The notes beneath the pieces are model-generated. The model was not told where the DNA came from. It saw nothing but the letters and a program-made list of their open reading frames with translations, and searched no databases. This document shows, piece by piece, positions 6,148 to 12,679 of a stretch of DNA of 12,679 nucleotides; position 1 is the stretch's first letter; the number at the start of each line of letters is the position of its first letter. The DNA comes from a virus (taxonomy: Duplodnaviria; Heunggongvirae; Uroviricota; Caudoviricetes): positions 1-12,679 of the IMG/VR virus record IMGVR_UViG_2693429557_000008. One strand, written 5' to 3'. The position numbers and the translations under genes were made by a program.

Positions 6148-8955
6148 TCAATCTTTATCGTAAAAACTGCCACGCCCGGCACGGGCGCGCCGTTCCATTT
6201 CTGCCCTGACCATTTCACCGACCAGTTTCGCCAGTTCGCGGGGATTCTGCGTAACAACGTTATGCAGATGAACATGAATTTCACCACCAAATCCGGAGGC
6301 AACAGGCTCCCGGTTACGGGAAGTTACAGGAACTGATGCCACTGGAGAGCGTATGGCCTCCGCCACCGGGCGGGAGCTGGCCGCAACAACAGGGACCAGC
6401 GCCGGAGGCAGCGGAGCCGGGACCACGGGTGTGATATTAATTGCGGGGGCAGGCTTACTGACCTGCGCAATCTTCCGCTCCTGCCACTCCCCACGAACAG
6501 CAAGTGCGCGGGGCAGGTTCTTAAAGACAATATCGCCGGGGCCAATGCGTTTTTTCGTCTCATCAACCAGCTTACCTGTGTTATCAGCAATTTTGCTGAG
6601 TCTGCGTAGCGTCCCGGTATTGCTGTCTGTGAGCGGTTTGTTGTCTTTGGGTTTATCACCTCCGGTGCCATTGCCATTTTCCACAGGCTTCGGCGGATTG
6701 ATTTTCGCCAGGTCCCCCTGAAGCAAGGCAACCTTGTCCTGAAGAATGGCCGCACGCTGTGCGTCTTCGATTTTCTTGCGCGCCCTTTCCGCTTCATCCG
6801 GAAGGACGCCAAGTTTTTCAAGTATCCACGCCAGCGTATCCAGTAGCATTTTTGCAGGTGTCAGAACAAGTTGTAACGCACCGCCAAGAACGTTACCGAA
6901 TATCTCGCCAGCACTGGCACATTTATCCAGCGTTTCCTTGCTGGACTCCATCGGTGACAGCAGCGATTTAAACCAGTTAAAGACCTGAATAATCCCATCG
7001 CGCACGACATCAAAAACAGGGCCAAACCGTTCAAAGGTTTCGCGCAACGGGGTCAGCCTTTCCATAATCCCGCTGAACACCCCGGCAAAAAATGCCCTGA
7101 TGGGATCCCAGTATTTCCAGATAAGAACGGCAGCTCCGGCAAGCGCAGCCACGATAAGACTAACCGGACTGAACAGCGCCCCGATAGCGCCACCAAGTAA
7201 AGAAACGGAACCCGTCACCATTCCCCATAATGCAGGCAGAACCCTGACAACATTCATTGATTCGGTCAGGAGAGAAAAACCGAGACGCAACGTAGCCAGC
7301 TTCCCGTGAAGCACCCCAATAACCAGAGACAACGAACCAACCGTTGCTGTTGTCGCCAGCAGTGCGCCTCCCGCTATCAGTAACTGGCGCGTCAGTGCCG
7401 GGTGGGCCTGCGCCAGCGCCGTCACCTTTGAGACAACCCGCGTGAGCCACTGCGTGACAGAACGCAGCGGACCGTCAACCAGATCACTGATGCGAATACG
7501 CAGACCTTCCCATGCACTGCCGAGTGATTTCAGGTTGCCATCAAGGTTATTGGCCATAACCTTTGCCGTGCGTTCTGCCTCACCGCGCGCGCCTTCAAGT
7601 TCTTTTCTCAGTTTGGCTAAGAAGCCGTCACCTGCCGCATCAACGAGGCCCATAAATGATGTGAAAGCCTCTTCTCCGGCAATGTCCTTAAAGAACGATA
7701 CCCGGTCAACCTCCCCGTATTTGCGGGTGGCTTTATAGAGATCGGCCAGCACATTCTCCATCGGGCGCATTTTGCCTTTGGCGTCAGCAACTGACACCCC
7801 CAGCTCTTTCAGTGCTTCTGCCGCTGCCTTTGGCGGTGATGACAGATTGGCCAGGCTTTTACGCAACGCTGTACCTGCATCACTCCCCCTGATACCCATC
7901 TTCGCCAGCACGCCCGCCATCGCTGCGGCCTGCTCCAGCGATATTCCCAGCTTACCCGCCACCGGACCTGCATATTTCATGGTTTCGCCCAGTGCGCGAA
8001 GGTCAGTGTTGGTACGGGTAAACGCTGCGGTAAGTGTGTCACCGACCCGGTCCATCTGGTCAGCAGAGAGGCCGAACTGCGTCAGGATATTGGAACCAAT
8101 ATCCGCCGTCTCGCCGAGGTCCATACCGCCAGCCGTTGCCATGCTCAGCACGCCGGGAAGCGCAGCCTGAATGGCCTGCGGTGTGAAACCAGCCATTGCA
8201 AGAAATGCCTGTCCACTGGCGGCATCGCCTGCGGTGAACTGCGTTTCAGAGCCAAGTTTTAACGCCTGCTCACGCAGCGCCTTAAACTGCGGGCTGTTTT
8301 TATCGATTCGCGTCAGTGCCTGAACACGGGACATCTCTTTCCCGAACCCGATAGCGGGCTGCAAAAAACGCCCGGCAGCATAGCCGCCCGCTGCCGCCGC
8401 ACCTGTTGCCAGCGCACCACCTGTTTTCAGTTTTCCCGCTGTTTCCTGCGCGCGTGAATACCGCTCACGCGCCTGCGTTACACGCGCAAGCGCCCGCCGT
8501 TCGCGTTCAAGCTGGTTGTTGTATTGTCCGGTGCGTCTGATGGCCTGCTGGATGGTGTTATCGCTGCCTGTCAGGGAAATGCCGTGGCGTTTCAGCTCTC
8601 CGCCAAGTTCCCGCATTTTCTGAATTTCCCGTGTGCGCGATTCATTCAGGCGTTCAAGCCGGGTGCTTAACTGCTGCATCAGCTTTTGTTGTTTTTCGCT
8701 GAGCACTGTACCCGTGCGTTGTAACTGATTAAGGGCGTTAAGCTGGCGTCGTGCTTTCACGATGCCCGCATCCGCTTTACTGACAGCGTCACGGGCGCGC
8801 TCAAATGAACGCGCCTGACGCTCGAGATTTTTGATCGCCCCCTGCGTTCGCTGGATGGAGTCACCAAACTGCCCCATCAGGCGGCGGGCGTTTTCGGCAG
8901 GCCGGGTCAGCCTGTCAACGGCGCTGAAAGCGACCCGGATATCAAGAGTCTTCAT
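6148..8955 (-). CDS. T: Tail tape measure protein (P2 gpT-like)
   Basis: A ~935-aa ORF, alanine/glycine-rich, with predicted hydrophobic segments and a proline-rich C-terminal stretch. It sits between E+E' and U, and its start overlaps the E' end. The track start at 8991 is GTG; ATGs at 8964 and 8955 are alternatives, 8955 having GGGAA 8 nt upstream. Confidence 0.88.
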   Translation of the reverse strand: MKTLDIRVAFSAVDRLTRPAENARRLMGQFGDSIQRTQGAIKNLERQARSFERARDAVSKADAGIVKARRQLNALNQLQRTGTVLSEKQQKLMQQLSTRLERLNESRTREIQKMRELGGELKRHGISLTGSDNTIQQAIRRTGQYNNQLERERRALARVTQARERYSRAQETAGKLKTGGALATGAAAAGGYAAGRFLQPAIGFGKEMSRVQALTRIDKNSPQFKALREQALKLGSETQFTAGDAASGQAFLAMAGFTPQAIQAALPGVLSMATAGGMDLGETADIGSNILTQFGLSADQMDRVGDTLTAAFTRTNTDLRALGETMKYAGPVAGKLGISLEQAAAMAGVLAKMGIRGSDAGTALRKSLANLSSPPKAAAEALKELGVSVADAKGKMRPMENVLADLYKATRKYGEVDRVSFFKDIAGEEAFTSFMGLVDAAGDGFLAKLRKELEGARGEAERTAKVMANNLDGNLKSLGSAWEGLRIRISDLVDGPLRSVTQWLTRVVSKVTALAQAHPALTRQLLIAGGALLATTATVGSLSLVIGVLHGKLATLRLGFSLLTESMNVVRVLPALWGMVTGSVSLLGGAIGALFSPVSLIVAALAGAAVLIWKYWDPIRAFFAGVFSGIMERLTPLRETFERFGPVFDVVRDGIIQVFNWFKSLLSPMESSKETLDKCASAGEIFGNVLGGALQLVLTPAKMLLDTLAWILEKLGVLPDEAERARKKIEDAQRAAILQDKVALLQGDLAKINPPKPVENGNGTGGDKPKDNKPLTDSNTGTLRRLSKIADNTGKLVDETKKRIGPGDIVFKNLPRALAVRGEWQERKIAQVSKPAPAINITPVVPAPLPPALVPVVAASSRPVAEAIRSPVASVPVTSRNREPVASGFGGEIHVHLHNVVTQNPRELAKLVGEMVRAEMERRARAGRGSFYDKD

Positions 8956-9471
8956 TGTCTGCATTCCCGCTGCGAAGTGCCGCCCGCTCACGCCAGCTAA
9001 CCACTTCGCCGGGCGTCATCATGAAGATTTCGGCGGGCGACCAGTTAAAAATGGCGGCAATATCCGCCACAAAGTCTTCTATGTGCTCAAAGCACACAAC
9101 CGTGATCAGGCTTCCGTCGCCTGTTCGTTCTTCTCGCCAGAGTCCGCACCGCTCAAAAAATTTACGGCAACCACACATAACTGAATAAAGTCACGGGATG
9201 CCATTTTTTTGATCGTCACTTCATCCAGTCGCGGTGATGTCACGCGTGACAGCAGCGTAAACATGGATTCCGCTTTCAAATTCAGCACATCAGACAGCGA
9301 CAAATCTCGCAGAGATCCAGCCTGCTCAATAGCCCCGGTGATCTCCACATACGTGATTTTTTCGCCGCCTCGCTCAATTGGTTGGGTAAGTTTTACGCCA
9401 CGCTCACTGGTTTCTTTCACAGTGTCAGCAACGACCGTGTTTTCGGTATCGATGTTTTTCGTCTCTTTCAT
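8942..9471 (-). CDS. E+E' fusion produced by programmed -1 ribosomal frameshift (slip at 9154-9160)
   Basis: The -1 frame is blocked by a stop at 9191-9193 and then open from 9190 to TGA at 8942-8944. The E-frame heptamer T-TTT-TTG lies inside this overlap. The predicted fusion is about 176 aa. Confidence 0.7.
9106..9471 (-). CDS. E: Tail assembly chaperone E (P2 gpE / lambda G analogue)
   Basis: ATG at 9471 with AAGGAG 7 nt upstream. The 121-aa zero-frame product ends at TGA 9108-9106. It lies between the tube gene and the tape measure gene and contains a TTTTTTG slippery heptamer. Confidence 0.8.
   Translation of the reverse strand: MKETKNIDTENTVVADTVKETSERGVKLTQPIERGGEKITYVEITGAIEQAGSLRDLSLSDVLNLKAESMFTLLSRVTSPRLDEVTIKKMASRDFIQLCVVAVNFLSGADSGEKNEQATEA
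9154..9160 (-). promoter_or_regulatory. Slippery heptamer T TTT TTG for the E/E' -1 frameshift
   Basis: The - strand reads aaT TTT TTG agc in the E frame (…V N F L S…). This is the heptamer I recall being reported for the P2 E/E+E' frameshift. Confidence 0.65.
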
Positions 9472-9525
9472 CAGGAAACTCCTTTCAGTCAGAGGCGACG
9501 CACTGCGCCGCCTGCATATTACTTA

Positions 9526-10038
9526 TCAGCCAAGCCCGAGCGCGGAACGGATGCGATCGGGCACAATGTCCCTGCCGTCCTTCCGGTAAATGAAGTTCAG
9601 CAGGTCAATCTCCCACAACGGGCGATCGTTAACACTCAGCTTGTAGTAGGTGTTTTTAATGGCGTAAGTGTGTGATGTGGCTTCGCCCTGTTTGGCTTCC
9701 CCCATATCAATTTCCGTCACACGTCCGCGCATTTCGACTTCATACAGGTCGCTTTCAGCGTCGGTGTAGTATTCACCCGCAAAACGCAGCAGCGTACCGT
9801 CAATCGTGCCGCCATACTTAAGGAACAGCTCACGAACTGCGCCCCCCATGACAAAGCTCGCATCAAGCGCGGAGTCATCCAGGCCGAGATCAATACTTAC
9901 CGCTCCCATCATGCCACCACCCCGGTAGCTGTCGGTTTTGCGCGTCAGCTTAGGCAGAGTGACGGACGTCACCTTACCCACTTCGTTTTCACCATCCACA
10001 AACAGCGTAAAAAAGCGAAGATGTTTTGGTACAGCCAT
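9526..10038 (-). CDS. FII: Tail tube protein (P2 FII-like)
   Basis: A 170-aa ORF whose ATG at 10038 overlaps the sheath TGA stop (shared A at 10038, translational coupling). Size and position match the P2 F_I-F_II pair. Confidence 0.88.
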   Translation of the reverse strand: MAVPKHLRFFTLFVDGENEVGKVTSVTLPKLTRKTDSYRGGGMMGAVSIDLGLDDSALDASFVMGGAVRELFLKYGGTIDGTLLRFAGEYYTDAESDLYEVEMRGRVTEIDMGEAKQGEATSHTYAIKNTYYKLSVNDRPLWEIDLLNFIYRKDGRDIVPDRIRSALGLG

Positions 10039-11222
10039 CAGGCACCTCCCAGCACCGCAAATGCGGGACCAAAGAATTCATCAGTAAACGACTGGTAAAG
10101 CTCCATGTCTTCCAGCGGGGGAACAGGCGTATATTTGTAGCGAATACGCACGCGCCCCTGACGTAAATTCGTGGTGCCGTTATCCACCACGTCATACCAG
10201 CACGACGCCCCAATCAGTTTCCCGGCAGTAACCAGTGAATCCAGTTTTGCCCTGATGGCACCGATAACATCCTTCACGTTCGCAGGCGTCAGTGGACTGT
10301 CGATGGTTTCAAACTGCGCTTCCGCAATTGAATCAGCCAGCACCTGTGCGGTTCGGGTATACACCTCAAAGATGTAGGCGTTCGTTTCCGGTGTGCGGTT
10401 GCCCCAGAAGCGGAACCCGTTGCGACGAATAATGGTCGTGATTTCTTTGTTGTTGAGGCTGTTGGCATCACTGTCTTCGGCCTGCAACGACCAGAACACA
10501 TGCCTGGACATCCCCAGCACATTTTTAACCGGAACGTTGGACAGCGATTTGTGCCAGCCCTGCTCATGGTCAATGTACGCACGAAGGCCGCACGCATAGG
10601 CAGGCGCGGGGAACGTTTCGTTTTTGCCACTTTTCGGGTTGTAGGCGATGAAGTCCGGCCATAAGAGCATCACCTCACGTTCGTTGAATTTCTGGCGGTA
10701 GGTAATTGCCTCAGCCATCGTGTTACAGTCATGACATGAGGCATACACAAACGCGCGCAGTTTACCCGCAATCACGCACAGGGATTTTGTCACCGCCTCC
10801 GTGTCCAGCTCCGGCGCGGCCAGAATACGCGGACGGTATCCGATGCTTTCATCCTGCTCTGCAACAAGCAGCGCATACATCCCCGTATAGCTGCCGTCAG
10901 ATTCAGAACCACCGATAACCAGTTGATCCTGCGTTTTTCCGTCTTCTTCTTTGTGTTCAGCCACGCGAACGACGATCACCTTTGTGCTCACCTGGTCTGC
11001 GATGGCCTTAAGCGCACGATAAAGCGTCCCCGTTGTTCCGCATTTTCCCAGCACGTCATTGACGCGGGGCAGCAGTGTGGGCTTGTTCAGCGGGAACAGC
11101 TCCGCGTCCGCATCATCCGCCGTTGCCACGATACCGATAACGCTGGAATCAACATCGTTAATCGCTGTTACCAGGTCGGTATTTTCCGTAACACGGGCAC
11201 CATGAAAACGAGTTTCACTCAT
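10038..11222 (-). CDS. FI: Contractile tail sheath protein (P2 FI-like)
   Basis: A 394-aa ORF with motifs I recall from P2-family sheaths (FPLNKP…, EQGWHK.LSNV, RRNGFRFWGNRT, YTRTAQV, YKYTPVPPLE). ATG at 11222 with AAGGGG 8 nt upstream. Confidence 0.93.
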   Translation of the reverse strand: MSETRFHGARVTENTDLVTAINDVDSSVIGIVATADDADAELFPLNKPTLLPRVNDVLGKCGTTGTLYRALKAIADQVSTKVIVVRVAEHKEEDGKTQDQLVIGGSESDGSYTGMYALLVAEQDESIGYRPRILAAPELDTEAVTKSLCVIAGKLRAFVYASCHDCNTMAEAITYRQKFNEREVMLLWPDFIAYNPKSGKNETFPAPAYACGLRAYIDHEQGWHKSLSNVPVKNVLGMSRHVFWSLQAEDSDANSLNNKEITTIIRRNGFRFWGNRTPETNAYIFEVYTRTAQVLADSIAEAQFETIDSPLTPANVKDVIGAIRAKLDSLVTAGKLIGASCWYDVVDNGTTNLRQGRVRIRYKYTPVPPLEDMELYQSFTDEFFGPAFAVLGGA

Positions 11223-11379
11223 AGCTTCAACCCCTTGTATCCGTTAAATGATTCGGCAACAATCATCACCCACCACGCGCGTAATCTCACCCCTGCGCCA
11301 TTCTCCCGCCACGGCGACAACAAAAAGCAGTAACCCCCTCCGCACGCACATGCGACCATGCCACACAGGGAGGGAGCAG

Positions 11380-12489
11380 ATGACCGACACCACCATGCAA
11401 TTGCTCAGTCAGGGCACAGACCCCGTGAAAATGCCGGATTTTGATATTCTCGCGGAGGGTAAAACGCTGTCAGGCGTGGCAGAGCGCCTGATGAGCCTGT
11501 CACTGACCGACAACCGGGGATTTGAGGCGGACCAGCTCACCATCACGCTGGATGATGCGGATGGTCAGTTGCAGCTACCGCCACGGGGCGCGCGCCTGAC
11601 GGTTCTCATTGGCTGGAAGGGAGAACCGCTGACAGAAAAAGGCACTTACATTGTTGATGAAATCGCTCACGAAGGACCGCCGGACAGGCTGACTGTTTCA
11701 GCCAGAAGCGCAGATTTTCGGGCTGAATTTAACGTTAAACGTGAGGTGTCCTGGCATGATGTGACCGTTGAGCGTGTGGTATCCGCCATCGCTCATCGGT
11801 ATGGTCTGAAACCGCAAATCAGCGAAATGCTGATGGATATCGAAATCGACCACGCCGACCAGACCGAAGAAAGCGACATGTCCTTCCTTACGCGCATGGC
11901 GGAAATGCTGGGCGCAATCACCACGGTAAAAAGCGGTAATCTGTTATTCATCATGCCCGGTGGTGGCGTGAACGCACAGGGCCAGCCGTTGCCCTCGTTC
12001 GCCATCACACGCAGCAGCGGCGATCGCCATCAGTTCCGCATTGCTGACCGCGAAGCGTATACGGGGGTACGCGCTTACTGGCTTGATCTTAATTACGGGA
12101 AAAAGAAAAAAGTCAGCGTGAAACGCCGCAAACCGTCAAAACCAAAAAAGGAGAAAAGCAGCAGCCGGGAAGGCGACTATATGGAAGGTGCGGAAGGCAA
12201 CGTGTTTGTGTTACGCAAAACTTATCAGAACGAGCAGGCAGCAAGACGTGCAGCGGCGGCAAAGTGGCAGCAGCTACAACGCGGAGCCGCATCATTCTCC
12301 ATCACACTGGCGCATGGACGTGCAGAACTCTACCCCGAAATGCATGGCACGGTAACAGGATTTAAAAGCGAGATTGATAATCAGGACTGGATTATTGCAA
12401 AAGCCGAGCACACCATTGATAACAGCGGCTTTACCACGCAGCTTGAGCTTGAGGCAAAAATCCCGGAATGGATAGCAGAAACAGAGTGA
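11380..12489 (+). CDS. D: Tail protein D homologue (P2 gpD-like late tail gene)
   Basis: The ORF track opens at 11248, but the ATG at 11380 has GGGAGGGAG upstream and gives MTDTTMQLLSQGTDPVKMPDFDIL…LTDNRGFEADQL…RSADFR…SWHD…, matching the gpD pattern as I remember it. It includes a lysine-rich low-complexity insert (KKKKVSVKRRKPSKPKKEK). Confidence 0.85.
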   Translation: MTDTTMQLLSQGTDPVKMPDFDILAEGKTLSGVAERLMSLSLTDNRGFEADQLTITLDDADGQLQLPPRGARLTVLIGWKGEPLTEKGTYIVDEIAHEGPPDRLTVSARSADFRAEFNVKREVSWHDVTVERVVSAIAHRYGLKPQISEMLMDIEIDHADQTEESDMSFLTRMAEMLGAITTVKSGNLLFIMPGGGVNAQGQPLPSFAITRSSGDRHQFRIADREAYTGVRAYWLDLNYGKKKKVSVKRRKPSKPKKEKSSSREGDYMEGAEGNVFVLRKTYQNEQAARRAAAAKWQQLQRGAASFSITLAHGRAELYPEMHGTVTGFKSEIDNQDWIIAKAEHTIDNSGFTTQLELEAKIPEWIAETE

Positions 12490-12638
12490 GCAACTTAAAT
12501 GTATTAACTCAGAACGGATCAACACACTCACAACATAGAGTCAATATAGCTGCTCGCTTTGTTCCAGCAAGGATGCCTATTTCTAAGGAAAAACAGAGCA
12601 GAAACATATGGTGTTTTCCTACCTGACATCAGGGGTGG

Positions 12639-12679
12639 TAGACTGGCCCCCTGAATCTCCAGACAACCAGTATCACTTA
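12639..12679 (+). mobile_element. Left terminal inverted repeat of an IS2-like insertion sequence (truncated by window end)
   Basis: tagactggccccctgaatctccagacaaccagtatcactta matches the IS2 left end as I remember it (TAGACTGGCCCCCTGAATCTCCAGACAACCAATATCACTTA…) with one difference. Only about 41 bp are visible, and this is from memory, not a search. Confidence 0.6.

Noticed and set aside
6324-8170. Several 100-165 aa ORFs on both strands inside the tape measure region (for example 6324..6821, 6353..6721, 7772..8170)
   Set aside because: They lie entirely within or antisense to the long GC-rich T gene and are Arg/Ala/Pro-rich, as expected for spurious frames in GC-rich DNA.
9472-9525. A GC-rich imperfect hairpin (aggcggcgcagtgcgtcgcct on the - strand) between the tube gene and E, possibly an attenuator
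   Set aside because: The stem is imperfect and has no U-run. It is more likely an mRNA structure or spacer, and nothing in the sequence proves a function.
12600-12679. Possible tRNA or att site at the window end
   Set aside because: There is no tRNA-like T-arm or CCA-end pattern on either strand. The sequence fits an IS2 terminal repeat better.
1-12679. CRISPR arrays, tRNA or rRNA genes, integrase or toxin-antitoxin pairs
   Set aside because: No short regularly spaced repeats, no structured-RNA signatures and no such ORFs were seen. Every long ORF is accounted for by tail, fibre or invertase functions.

Overview
This window reads as a contractile-tail (P2-like) phage or tailocin tail module joined to a Mu G-segment / P1 C-segment / e14 Pin-type invertible tail-fibre region. 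Left to right: a crossover site at the window start (1-26) followed by a tail-fibre variable C-terminal segment (A) and its assembly chaperone on the + strand; a convergent chaperone plus fibre cassette (B) on the - strand ending at an inverted copy of the crossover site (2953-2978); a fragment of the fibre constant region and a 235-bp chaperone fragment; a third - strand chaperone plus fibre cassette (C) ending at a third crossover site (4944-4969); a Pin/Gin/Cin/Hin-family serine invertase (5024-5611, +); then on the - strand homologues of P2 U, tape measure T, E and E+E' (with a TTTTTTG -1 slippery site), tube FII and sheath FI; a divergent D-like gene (+); and the first ~41 bp of what looks like an IS2 end at the window edge. 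The main finding is that three compatible crossover sites bracket three alternative fibre/chaperone cassettes, so this looks like a multi-cassette (Min/shufflon-like) host-range switch rather than a simple two-state G segment. All calls rest on reading the sequence and on recalled family features; no database search was run.
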